This document shows positions 29,601 to 37,862 of a stretch of DNA of 54,811 bases, one piece after another. Position 1 is the first letter of the stretch. Every line of letters starts with the position of its first letter. The stretch is from a virus (Duplodnaviria; Caudoviricetes). Made by a program: the position numbers and the translations under genes. Location of the stretch: the IMG/VR virus record IMGVR_UViG_3300036806_000054, positions 1 to 54,811 of that record. One strand, given 5' to 3'. A model generated the notes under the pieces. That model was not told where the DNA came from. It saw only the letters and a list, made by a program, of their open reading frames with translations, and did not search any database.

Positions 29601-29695
29601 AGCCTGAATCAATCTCAAGCACTATCAAGGCTGGCATCGCGCTAGTCTGCGTCATCTTGGCTTACATTTTAGCTGTGGCGTTGGCTCAGCAGTAG
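29597..29695 (+). CDS. Small membrane peptide (32 aa)
   Basis: ATGA-coupled; MKPESISSTIKAGIALVCVILAYILAVALAQQ. Confidence 0.5.
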   Translation: MKPESISSTIKAGIALVCVILAYILAVALAQQ

Positions 29696-29707
29696 GAGGG
29701 GTGAATT

Positions 29708-29941
29708 ATGGGTGAGCGCACATCGAAAGAGAATGAATTGATTGGAACCATCGCGCAATGTCTTTTGAACGATATGGCGGACGCTTCGAATTTACGTGTT
29801 CAAATTGCCGAGTCTGTCGGATTTAACAAGGGCTATGAGCGCGGCTTTGATGAGGGATACGCATCCGCGCAGCGTGACATGCGGAAGGCAATGGGCGGGG
29901 TGCATGTTGCGGCTGGTTATCAATTCAGGGAATGCCAATAG
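29708..29941 (+). CDS. Hypothetical protein
   Basis: SD GGAGG; GxxxG repeats. Confidence 0.65.
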   Translation: MGERTSKENELIGTIAQCLLNDMADASNLRVQIAESVGFNKGYERGFDEGYASAQRDMRKAMGGVHVAAGYQFRECQ

Positions 29942-29956
29942 AGAGGATACCTAGTC

Positions 29957-30304
29957 ATGGGTGAACAAGTAGACAAAATCTCCGCGCTGATTGACGAATT
30001 TATGGAGACACAGGAAAAGACAAATCCCGGTTATTACATTCAGATGCGCCGATCACTTTCTCGACACATCGCCAATGGATTGTCCGCCGCCGAATCTGAG
30101 ACTATTGCAGCACAACGTGAAGTGATCGTTGCGCAGACCACTACCCTTGCGGGGATATGTTCCCACTACGCCACGGCACTTAGAATGCTCCACAAGACCC
30201 ACGTTCCCTATGAGGCTGAGCATTGCCCCATAGTCGTCTGCGTAGAAGGCAGAAATAACTTGTCGCTCGTCCTTGAACTCGCTAGAAAGGCTCAAACCAA
30301 ATGA
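29957..30304 (+). CDS. Hypothetical protein
   Basis: SD GAGG; operon context. Confidence 0.6.
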   Translation: MGEQVDKISALIDEFMETQEKTNPGYYIQMRRSLSRHIANGLSAAESETIAAQREVIVAQTTTLAGICSHYATALRMLHKTHVPYEAEHCPIVVCVEGRNNLSLVLELARKAQTK

Positions 30305-30615
30305 CCAAATCAGAACTAGCCAAGCTACGGAGAATCATCTTACGAGTTATTGATGATGGCTGCACTTGTGAAAGCGGCGAAAAGCATCCGTGGGAATTCT
30401 ATGAGGATGGAACTGAGGGCGGTAATGTTGATGCCTACACAGAAGATATGGCAAATGCTAATCGACTACGCTTTTGTGATCGCATTCAAGAGCTACTCAC
30501 CGAAGAATCCCCGGTCGATTACAGCCAGCCGCATAAGTTTCAACTTGAAACACAGCGAACGAACTATCAAGTCTGTAAGTGTGGTCTATCTGATTCTAAT
30601 GCAGTACATGTTTAG
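30301..30615 (+). CDS. Hypothetical protein with C-terminal Cys/His motif
   Basis: ATGA-coupled. Confidence 0.6.
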   Translation: MTKSELAKLRRIILRVIDDGCTCESGEKHPWEFYEDGTEGGNVDAYTEDMANANRLRFCDRIQELLTEESPVDYSQPHKFQLETQRTNYQVCKCGLSDSNAVHV

Positions 30616-30619
30616 CCCT

Positions 30620-30695
30620 AGAAACACTTCGGGCCAGCTTTTGACGGCTGGCCTTCTGTGTGTTCGATATTGCAGGTTTGCGCTTCCCTACTGAG
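30620..30695 (-). ncRNA. Candidate divergent antisense sRNA, module A
   Basis: Extended -10 TGgTATGCT (30702-10, minus strand); contains CAATATCGAACA complementary to 30756-67; ends in a GGCCAGC/GCTGGCC hairpin. Confidence 0.5.
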
Positions 30696-30756
30696 GCCCA
30701 CAGCATACCACAAAAAAGCTATTGACGCGCAACTCGTTTCGGCGTAGTCTGAAAAT

Positions 30757-31140
30757 GTTCGATATTGACCTGAGATTCCTTCCAAAGAATCCCTTCTCAA
30801 TATCATGACCGCGCCGCAAGAGAAGCACTGGCGGAACATGAAGCTACAAGAGAACAATCGAGACTCGCATACGCCTGACGGCCATCTCAGGGATATTCCC
30901 CTCAGACTGCCTCAATCAGACGACTGATAGAACGAGCGTTTACGGACAAGGGAGAGTAAACCCATTGCCCTCTGTAGCCCTGTGAGAGGTCGGCGCGTTA
31001 GAAAAGCTAAACCAAAGTACCCGCTGCAAAGAAACCTATACGCTGGCTCCATACGAATAGGCAACTATTGCATGACCTTCCAATAAGAGAAGGCCGTGCT
31101 GCGTCCTTCCGCTTCTCCACCGAATAGGTTTTAAGAGGTT
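30757..31140 (+). ncRNA. Large structured non-coding RNA/leader, module A
   Basis: Promoter TTGACG(30722-27)-17-TAGTCT. Nested stems GATATTGA/TCAATATC, GCTACAAGAG/CTCTGTAGC and AAACCTAT/ATAGGTTT, plus an AATAG-GCAA-CTATT GNRA hairpin. No plus-strand ORF of 60 aa or more. Confidence 0.6.
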
Positions 31141-31145
31141 CGCTT

Positions 31146-31454
31146 ATGACACGTTGTTCAATTTGTCCGAAAGACGCTGATTACTTAGAAAAGAAAGAAG
31201 GGCCGCTTTGCAAAGGTTGTTGGTTAGGCTTAAAGATGTTCAATTTCAGTCCCGAACGTCTCAGCCGAGCTAAAAAGTACATGCTTTGTGGTTTGAATCA
31301 TCGGAAACAAAAGAAACGAAAACATAAGCACGTTTCTTACCTACCAGAGGACGTGAAATTTAACCGAATGGTTAGAGAGGAAATTCAGGCCGCGCCATTA
31401 AAGATTCCTGAAGTGGTCGCTTCTAAGCCGCGCAAGGTTAGGATCGTGAAATGA
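31146..31454 (+). CDS. Basic zinc-finger protein, EndoVII-like fold without catalytic motif (paralog of 51317..51547)
   Basis: CSIC...LCKGC.LGL..F...ERL.RA..Y; SD AAGAGG. Confidence 0.75.
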   Translation: MTRCSICPKDADYLEKKEGPLCKGCWLGLKMFNFSPERLSRAKKYMLCGLNHRKQKKRKHKHVSYLPEDVKFNRMVREEIQAAPLKIPEVVASKPRKVRIVK

Positions 31455-31512
31455 TATAATCGCTGAATTATTATATTGACTTTCGCCTACAAAAGTTGTA
31501 CAAAAGGATTCC

Positions 31513-31758
31513 ATGAGCGAACACGTAACTATCAAGATTACCAAAGCCGCAAGGGTCGGCCTTAAGCATATCGCCGTCCAGACGGGTGAAAAACAATACG
31601 CATTGGTAGGCCGTCTTGTTATGCAGGAAAAAGATAGGCTTGCCGACTTGGAGCGAGCATCACGTTTACCTCGTGACTTGAACCCGTCAAAGGGCGGTAA
31701 GTGGGTAATGAAATTCAACCGCAAGCCGGGGCCGCGTAAGAATGGGAGCAAGAAATGA
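31513..31758 (+). CDS. RHH-like small DNA-binding protein
   Basis: VTIKI strand followed by helices. Confidence 0.55.
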   Translation: MSEHVTIKITKAARVGLKHIAVQTGEKQYALVGRLVMQEKDRLADLERASRLPRDLNPSKGGKWVMKFNRKPGPRKNGSKK

Positions 31759-31955
31759 GTGCACCAACAAAACGTGAAGCACTAGAATCTGCTTTGTCCG
31801 GCATCAAGGAACGTCTGCGAGTGGTCAACCAAGAAATTAATGAGCGAATCATCCTGCGCGAACAGCTTTACGATTCGCAAGCAACCACAGAAGAAATGAT
31901 TATCGAGGCAATGCGAGAAGAACTAAGGAGAAACTATGAGCAACGAAGAACTTGA
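31755..31955 (+). CDS. Coiled-coil hypothetical protein
   Basis: ATGA-coupled. Confidence 0.6.
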   Translation: MSAPTKREALESALSGIKERLRVVNQEINERIILREQLYDSQATTEEMIIEAMREELRRNYEQRRT

Positions 31956-32121
31956 AACCGCTTTTGATGACGCCGCAGAGCGATGGAGCAACGAAAACCC
32001 GATGATTGATCGGCGAATGGCTCGATACTTCTTTTTTGCAGGCTCGACATTCGGAACGCAGGCCGTGGGCAAGCTCTATGGAGAATTCGTAAAAGCCATC
32101 GAGCCAAAAGAGGCGAAATGA
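31936..32121 (+). CDS. Hypothetical protein
   Basis: SD AAGGAG. Confidence 0.6.
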   Translation: MSNEELETAFDDAAERWSNENPMIDRRMARYFFFAGSTFGTQAVGKLYGEFVKAIEPKEAK

Positions 32122-32270
32122 TCGACTTTAATAGTAGTGACTACGACGAAGGATACGAAGAATCCTTTAACCATGAATGGCCTCCATCTGACGAAGATAT
32201 TAATCGTTGGACGGATGAGAATGAGAAGTTTCTCGCCCTTAATGAGAATGATGGGAGCATTCGAGCGTGA
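32118..32270 (+). CDS. Small highly acidic protein (50 aa)
   Basis: Not in the ORF track; coupled at both ends; MIDFNSSDYDEGYEESFNHEWPPSDEDINRWTDENEKF... Confidence 0.6.
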   Translation: MIDFNSSDYDEGYEESFNHEWPPSDEDINRWTDENEKFLALNENDGSIRA

Positions 32271-32956
32271 GTAGACCAAAAGGCGGATACAAACTTGCTG
32301 ACGGCACAAAGGTTCCGGGCGTCACAACTATCATCGGGCGATTCAAGGATTCTGGCGGTCTAATTCATTGGGCATGGCAACAAGGCTCTGAGGGGTTGGA
32401 TTTCCGAGAGACGCGCGATGACGCTGCTAATGCCGGACTTCTCGCTCACGATCTCGTGGACTGGCATTTAACCGGGAATGATGACGCTAAAATTCAGGCT
32501 AGTTTCGCCTTCAAAGTTGCTTCTGATATGGTCACGCAAGACGCCGCAGATAAAGCCATGAAAGCCTATGAAAACTTTGGTGCGTGGCAAATTCTGGCAA
32601 ACCTGAAGATTATTTCAACAGAAGAGAGTCTTGTATCAGAAAAGCATCGATTTGGCGGCACTTACGACGGGATTGCGATTGCGGAAATTGACGGCAAGCG
32701 AAGTCTTTGTGATTGGAAAACCAGTAACGCGGTCTATCGAGATTATGCAATTCAACTAGCCGCCTATAAAGGGCTATGGGACGAGAACCATCCGGATGAG
32801 CCGATTACCGGAGGATTTCATTTAGTTAGATTTAGCAAAACGGATGCGGACTTTGAACACCGATATTTTGGGGAACTCGAATTGGCATGGCAACAGTTTC
32901 TTTTACTGCGCCAAGCTTACGAGAACGATAAGCTGTTAAAGGCGCGAATTCGATGA
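32267..32956 (+). CDS. PD-(D/E)XK exonuclease (Cas4-like phage recombination nuclease)
   Basis: VPGVTTII, GGTYD, DWKTS and QLAAY motifs. Confidence 0.85.
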   Translation: MSRPKGGYKLADGTKVPGVTTIIGRFKDSGGLIHWAWQQGSEGLDFRETRDDAANAGLLAHDLVDWHLTGNDDAKIQASFAFKVASDMVTQDAADKAMKAYENFGAWQILANLKIISTEESLVSEKHRFGGTYDGIAIAEIDGKRSLCDWKTSNAVYRDYAIQLAAYKGLWDENHPDEPITGGFHLVRFSKTDADFEHRYFGELELAWQQFLLLRQAYENDKLLKARIR

Positions 32957-33294
32957 GCGATATAATCTCAATTCACAAAGAGCTAATCCGGCTCAGTAAG
33001 GCTCTGGCTGGGGCTGTAAACGAGTTTTCCGATGTCGTGGTTGATGCCGCCGAGAAACGCAGCGCCTATGACATATTATGGGCGCAGTCAATGCTCCAGA
33101 CGCCGGACGAGAAAACGCAAAAGATTAAGGAGGCTTTAGCGACCGAAGCATGTGCGGTTCAGATGCTTCAAGCGCGGGTTGCTGAGGCTACGCGAGACGC
33201 GCTCAAAGAAAGAATTCGAGCACTTGAGACGGTACTATCAGTTCAACAGTCACGTCTTCGCTACCTCGAATCAACTGAAAAAGACTTCAACTGA
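32953..33294 (+). CDS. Coiled-coil recombination-associated protein
   Basis: Helical; lies between the exonuclease and the SSB-like gene. Confidence 0.6.
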   Translation: MSDIISIHKELIRLSKALAGAVNEFSDVVVDAAEKRSAYDILWAQSMLQTPDEKTQKIKEALATEACAVQMLQARVAEATRDALKERIRALETVLSVQQSRLRYLESTEKDFN

Positions 33295-33310
33295 AAAGGA
33301 CAACACAACC

Positions 33311-33703
33311 ATGAAATCAACCGATGTTTTTAGCTCAAGATACATCAGCGCTGCCGATTTGAAAGATCGCGACGTAGCCGTAACTATCGAGCGTGTCGAG
33401 ATCGAAAAGATGCCGAGCGGCGAGAAAAAACCAGCCTTGTTTTTTAGAGGCAAAGAGAAAGCCTTTCTGCTCAATAAAACCAATTTCAATACCATCGCTG
33501 ACGTGTTAGGCGCAGACGACACCGACGATTGGGAGGGCAAGCAAATCACCATCTACCCAACTGAAACGGATTATCAAGGGAAGATGGTTGACTGTATCCG
33601 CGTCCGGCGCAACAAAAAGACCGCAAGCGCGTGGCAAGCACCGCCGCCACAAGACGCACCAGCGCCCAGCGACTACGATGACTCAGAAGAAATCCCGTTC
33701 TGA
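33311..33703 (+). CDS. ssDNA-binding/annealing protein with acidic IPF tail
   Basis: YISAADL...LNKTN...DDW.GK.I...IRV; ends DDSEEIPF; ATG 33311 has SD AAGGA. Confidence 0.75.
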   Translation: MKSTDVFSSRYISAADLKDRDVAVTIERVEIEKMPSGEKKPALFFRGKEKAFLLNKTNFNTIADVLGADDTDDWEGKQITIYPTETDYQGKMVDCIRVRRNKKTASAWQAPPPQDAPAPSDYDDSEEIPF

Positions 33704-33819
33704 TCCTTCTACCTGTCCGGGCTGTGTAACCTTATTTCTCCGTTGACGGGATAGACGAGGGAGCAGCCCTGGAATCTTTCTTCTTGACTATGCTTGCCAC
33801 TTACTATATGCTTAGAACC

Positions 33820-34029
33820 ATGAAACGTGCTGACATTAAAAAGGGGTTGGATCGGTTGCGCAGAGAGGTTGACCCTCGATTCGCTTCTGCGATACGCAAG
33901 ATCGCTGACAACTTGGAGGATATCCTTGATGGGCCTAGTAAGGGCGGCAATGCTCGCGCTAAGAATCTCTCCAAGAAACGCCGGAGTGAAATCGCTCGCA
34001 ACGCGGCAAAGATAAGGTGGAGCAAATGA
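33820..34029 (+). CDS. Small basic protein with KGG.ARA..L...R.EIA..AA..RW motif (leaderless)
   Basis: Promoter TTGACT(33784-89)-17-TATGCT(33807-12) places the TSS at ATG 33820. Confidence 0.7.
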   Translation: MKRADIKKGLDRLRREVDPRFASAIRKIADNLEDILDGPSKGGNARAKNLSKKRRSEIARNAAKIRWSK

Positions 34030-34220
34030 GTGAGTGGAAACCAATAGAGAACCCGCCGCGCAGTGGTCGATATATTGTCGGCAATGCCAAAGAGCAACGA
34101 GTGGGCGAGGCTCGCTATATGGCGAACAAAAAGATTTGGAAGTTTCCCAATGCGGGGATGCGATTTGAGGTAACCTACTATATGCCGCTTCCTGCTCCTC
34201 CGGCTGAAGAGAAAGGGTGA
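34026..34220 (+). CDS. DUF551-like protein
   Basis: MSEWKPIE.PP...VTYYMPLPAPP. Confidence 0.8.
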   Translation: MSEWKPIENPPRSGRYIVGNAKEQRVGEARYMANKKIWKFPNAGMRFEVTYYMPLPAPPAEEKG

Positions 34221-34276
34221 AATCAATGGGAATTATATACTTGACTGCTCCGTTTAATTCGTGGTAAATTCTCTCT

Positions 34277-35197
34277 ATGAGTCGAAGCACAATAAGCACC
34301 TTTCAGTTGTTCGAGTTGATTCCCGATCAGGAAACGGCTCGCGTCTATTTGGAGTCTCGCCTGTGGCCTAACGGAGTGATTTGCCCTCAGTGTAAGTCCG
34401 GCGAACGCATCACGACCCGCAAGGATGGTTTCTACGCTTGCAACGCCTGTGACAAGCTGAAATTCACTGTCCGCACCGGAACGATTTTTGAGCGCAGTCA
34501 CGTTCCCTTGAATAAATGGATTTACGCTATGTATCTTCTCGTGACCGCGCGGAAGGGTATCAGCTCGCTTCAGTTGGCGAAGGAGATAGGCGTAACCCAA
34601 AAGTCCGCATGGTTCATGCTTCAGCGACTCCGAGAGGCTTGCGGCTCGGATATGGACAAGCTGAGGGGCATTGTCGAAGTTGACGAAACCTTTGTGGGCG
34701 GTCTGGAATACGCGAAGCACGAAAACAAAAAACTGAAAGAAGGACGCGGTTCTGTTGGCAAGACGCCGGTGCTCGGAATGCGTGAGCGCGGCGGGCGCAC
34801 GAAAGCCTTCCCGATTGCCGCAAACGATCTGCCAACGATTCAGGCGGCGATCCATGACAGCGTAGAGGTCGGCTCTACTCTCTACAGCGACCAACACGGC
34901 GCATATTCCGGCATCGGCGGTCTTTTCTTCCATCACGCGAGCGTCAACCACTCTGACGGCGAATGGACGCGGGGTAACATCTCCACTAACTCGATTGAAT
35001 CCGTTTGGGCCGTTCTGAAACGCGGACTTCATGGCGTCTATCACCACGCCAGCAGAAAGCATCTTCATCGTTACGTTGACGAGTTCACTTTCCGGCTGAA
35101 TGCGGGCCGCGTGGCGCGTCATACTCTCTTGCGGCTGGATTCCTTCATCGCCGCCGTCGCCAACAAACGAATCACTTACGCGGAGTTGACTGCATGA
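34277..35197 (+). CDS. IS1595-family (ISXO2-like) DDE transposase
   Basis: Zn ribbon WP.G..CP.C, VEVDETF.GG, TNSIESVW, and Y.DEF.FR.N motifs. Confidence 0.97.
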   Translation: MSRSTISTFQLFELIPDQETARVYLESRLWPNGVICPQCKSGERITTRKDGFYACNACDKLKFTVRTGTIFERSHVPLNKWIYAMYLLVTARKGISSLQLAKEIGVTQKSAWFMLQRLREACGSDMDKLRGIVEVDETFVGGLEYAKHENKKLKEGRGSVGKTPVLGMRERGGRTKAFPIAANDLPTIQAAIHDSVEVGSTLYSDQHGAYSGIGGLFFHHASVNHSDGEWTRGNISTNSIESVWAVLKRGLHGVYHHASRKHLHRYVDEFTFRLNAGRVARHTLLRLDSFIAAVANKRITYAELTA

Positions 35198-35307
35198 AGA
35201 AGCCAAGGGTTCCTGCGGTCTTAGATCGCATAACAGACGTGGTTGTGAACTTTCGCCCGAAGGTGAAGCGGAAGAAAACCAAGAAGCGAAAGCGAGCAAA
35301 GCGGTAG
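35194..35307 (+). CDS. Small basic IS passenger peptide (37 aa)
   Basis: ATGA-coupled to the transposase; MKKPRVPAVLDRITDVVVNFRPK... Confidence 0.55.
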   Translation: MKKPRVPAVLDRITDVVVNFRPKVKRKKTKKRKRAKR

Positions 35308-35308
35308 G

Positions 35309-35962
35309 ATGCAGCCATATCACGAGGAAAATGGAATCACGATCTACCACGGCGATTGTCGGGACGTTCTCAACTCGCTTCCGTATGCCGCCGCCGTCGT
35401 TACCGATCCGCCTTACAACGTCGGAAAAGACTACGGAACTCACAATGACAGCATGAGCGATCTTGATTATGCAAAGTGGGTTGAAACCGTGACGAGCAAG
35501 TGTATCGTGTCGGCCGGTAAACAGTTCTGGGTTGCGCCGCGCTATAAACTGGAACTCTGGCTTCACCACTTGCCGGGTGCGCATCTGATTGTCATTCCGC
35601 GCGGCGCAACGGGCCCGTTTCGGCAAGGATGGAGTGACCAATTCGAGATCGCGCTTTCGATTGGCAAGCCTGCCGAATGCGTTCCCGATCTGTGGTCCGG
35701 AATTCGATTGAAAGGCGAAGGCTACTTTTTCCGCGAAGAAACTTTCGGGCATCCGGGCTATACGCCCTATCCGATCATGCGCAGAGCGGTTGAATTGCTG
35801 TCTGAGCCGGGAGAGTTGATTGTAGAGCCGTTCTGCGGCACTGGAACCACTCTGAGAGCCGCGAAGGACACAGGACGCAAGGCCATCGGCATCGAAATCG
35901 AAGAGCGATACTGCGAGATCGCCGCCAAGCGTTTGAGTCAAGAGGTTTTTCAATTTGCCTAA
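35309..35962 (+). CDS. DNA N6A/N4C methyltransferase (beta class)
   Basis: TDPPY (motif IV) precedes PFCGTGTT (motif I); GIEIEERYCEIAAKRL. Confidence 0.93.
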   Translation: MQPYHEENGITIYHGDCRDVLNSLPYAAAVVTDPPYNVGKDYGTHNDSMSDLDYAKWVETVTSKCIVSAGKQFWVAPRYKLELWLHHLPGAHLIVIPRGATGPFRQGWSDQFEIALSIGKPAECVPDLWSGIRLKGEGYFFREETFGHPGYTPYPIMRRAVELLSEPGELIVEPFCGTGTTLRAAKDTGRKAIGIEIEERYCEIAAKRLSQEVFQFA

Positions 35963-36004
35963 CATTTATGAATCAGAGCACTAAAGTGTATAATTCCCAA
36001 ATCA

Positions 36005-36226
36005 ATGGCTAAGCGGATTCACATATTTAAAATCTCTCTTAACTATACTCGCTGCGAAATCTGGTGGGGATCGCGCACTTTTCATAACAAGCTTGGCTCA
36101 ACGATCATCACGCCAGATAAAGGATTGACCCGCAGGCAACGACACGACGTGATTGCAGAAGCGCTATTCGAGCGCGCGGGCATACCTGCCCCAAGCTATC
36201 GGCCAGCGAAAAGAGAAAAAGCATGA
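36005..36226 (+). CDS. Hypothetical protein
   Basis: ATG overlaps the right TSD. Confidence 0.6.
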   Translation: MAKRIHIFKISLNYTRCEIWWGSRTFHNKLGSTIITPDKGLTRRQRHDVIAEALFERAGIPAPSYRPAKREKA

Positions 36227-36459
36227 GCGTGCTTTTGTCAGACCACGAAACCTACACAGCGCATTGCAATGGCTGCCGGGACACGCTGACCATCATAATT
36301 ACAGATGATGAACCGTGGGACGATCAGGAATATGCAGCTTTAACTGATGCTGGCTGGGAACAAAGAGACTTAGGATATTTTTGCCCTGATTGTTTACCGG
36401 ACGCTCCCGAAAGTTTTCTCGAAAATGTTGATAGACGTGTTGATGAGGTAATGGCGTGA
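36223..36459 (+). CDS. Acidic zinc-ribbon protein
   Basis: CNGC...AGW...FCPDC. Confidence 0.7.
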   Translation: MSVLLSDHETYTAHCNGCRDTLTIIITDDEPWDDQEYAALTDAGWEQRDLGYFCPDCLPDAPESFLENVDRRVDEVMA

Positions 36460-36647
36460 GCGAAAAGCGTTACTTAGGCGATTCGGTTTATGCAGAGTTT
36501 GATGGTTATTACGTTTGGCTGACCACTGAAAACGGCTTTCCCGGCGATCCTCGGAACAAGATCGCGCTAGAGCCTGCCGTGCTTGATGCGCTTAACGAAT
36601 ACGTGAAGGGACTTCTATTGCGAACGGAAAGAAATGAGGGCTTATGA
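36456..36647 (+). CDS. Conserved phage hypothetical protein
   Basis: YLGDSVYAEFDG..VWLTTENG....IALEP.V family pattern. Confidence 0.75.
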   Translation: MSEKRYLGDSVYAEFDGYYVWLTTENGFPGDPRNKIALEPAVLDALNEYVKGLLLRTERNEGL

Positions 36648-37030
36648 GTCTTAATAATATGAAGGTTGGCGACTGTGTGCTGATTCACTTAAACGGTGTT
36701 CTAACCACCGAACGAGTCAAGTATGTAGGCGCAAAGACTTTCAGAACGGACACAGCTCGCTCTTATTATAAGTCTACAGGTTGCGAGTCGAATGGCGGCA
36801 TATGGCAAGAGCATTACCGAACTGTTTGGCGTATTGCGACCGTCAAGGACGTAGCCGCCACCGCTCAGCGCCAACAAGAACAGGAAGAACGACGAGAACG
36901 GGCGATAAACCTATGCCAGACGTTCGGAGTCATGTTTGATTCAAAGTCATGCGAAGGTGATCTTATAACAATCGAGCATCGCGGCCACCGATACGAAATA
37001 AGGGAGATCGAGGGAAGGTTGTGGAGCTAA
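36644..37030 (+). CDS. Hypothetical protein
   Basis: ATGA-coupled. Confidence 0.6.
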   Translation: MSLNNMKVGDCVLIHLNGVLTTERVKYVGAKTFRTDTARSYYKSTGCESNGGIWQEHYRTVWRIATVKDVAATAQRQQEQEERRERAINLCQTFGVMFDSKSCEGDLITIEHRGHRYEIREIEGRLWS

Positions 37031-37392
37031 TGAATTCAGTTTGCTATATCTGCCATCGCCCAGAAAACTATGATGGATGGGTTGGTCTTGGTCGTATCGT
37101 TCGTGACTGCGATCATTGCGGGAATCCGGTTTGCTCCGAATGCTCAGAATGCGATTACGATATGGTTGGCGATCCGCCGCGCTACGTCAATACTCAGTGG
37201 ACTTGTAATGTTTGCATTAACCCGGCGGCGCATATCGGCAAGGACGAAGCAGACTATGCGGCTGCTTGTATGCTGCAATGCCTCTCAGACCAAGCCGCGA
37301 CTCCGTTTGCAACGGCAGTGCTTTTTAATGCGGCTCGTCACTTAGTAGAAAAGGAATTAGCTTCCGGGTCGGCTGCGCAGTTGGAGACGTAA
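37021..37392 (+). CDS. Cys-rich zinc-finger protein
   Basis: Four CxxC pairs. Confidence 0.65.
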   Translation: MELMNSVCYICHRPENYDGWVGLGRIVRDCDHCGNPVCSECSECDYDMVGDPPRYVNTQWTCNVCINPAAHIGKDEADYAAACMLQCLSDQAATPFATAVLFNAARHLVEKELASGSAAQLET

Positions 37393-37513
37393 CCTCGATA
37401 TAAAGTTCTACCATTGAGGTACGTCATGAGACACAATCGCGATGAAACCAGTCCGGCCCGGATTTTATGAATTGGTGGTTAAATCTTAGGTTGTTGTTGA
37501 GGAGGTTTTTATA

Positions 37514-37644
37514 ATGTTTCCCGTTTCAACCATTGACGACGCGACGTTGGCGTTTCCTGCAAACGTGCGCGACATAATGCCAGCACAATCTGACATTCCT
37601 GACGAGTTTAGGCGCTCGTCAAACAAATGGAACAAGCTTTTTAG
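37514..37644 (+). pseudogene. 5' fragment of a phage gene interrupted by the second IS1595 element
   Basis: SD GGAGG; MFPVSTIDDATLAFPANVRDIMP..SDIPDEF...NKWNKLF stops at the TIR. Confidence 0.7.
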
Positions 37645-37862
37645 GGTAATAATATAGTTGACGCAGCAGGCGGGCAAGAGTAATCTGTCCTCGATGCGCT
37701 GGCTAGAAATCATAGCCTTGATCGTGTCCATCCTCAGTGGGCTAGTCGCGATCAGTCAGTTTTTGGGCCTTAGTTTGGTGGGCCTTTTCAAAAAAAATTT
37801 CTTCTATTTACAACAAGTTCGACTAAGTGTAGACCAAGGCGTCTAGAACCTCGCGAGTCAAT

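Larger units (their letters stand above)
34228..35998 (+). mobile_element. IS1595-family transposon with passenger methyltransferase
   Basis: 23-bp imperfect TIRs (GGGAATTATAtACTTgAcTGCTC, 20/23 match); 8-bp TSD AAATCAAT at 34220-27 and 35999-36006. Confidence 0.95.

Noticed and set aside
30618-30857. 79-aa minus-strand ORF, and similarly 50841..51023 and 51014..51223
   Set aside because: They have no recognisable motifs and overlap promoters and stems; treated as chance ORFs.
30757-31140. Group I/II intron, retron or DGR
   Set aside because: No reverse transcriptase is seen in the genome, no gene is interrupted here, and I could not identify intron core motifs by eye.
32267-32956. cas4 of a CRISPR system
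   Set aside because: It is a stand-alone phage PD-(D/E)XK exonuclease in a recombination module, with no array nearby.
34223-35965. 580-aa minus-strand ORF
   Set aside because: It is the antisense shadow of the IS1595 transposase and MTase, which have clear motifs on the plus strand.
37658-37846. 62-aa membrane ORF at the transposon end
   Set aside because: It could be a real small passenger gene, but its start overlaps the TIR and the support is too weak to call.
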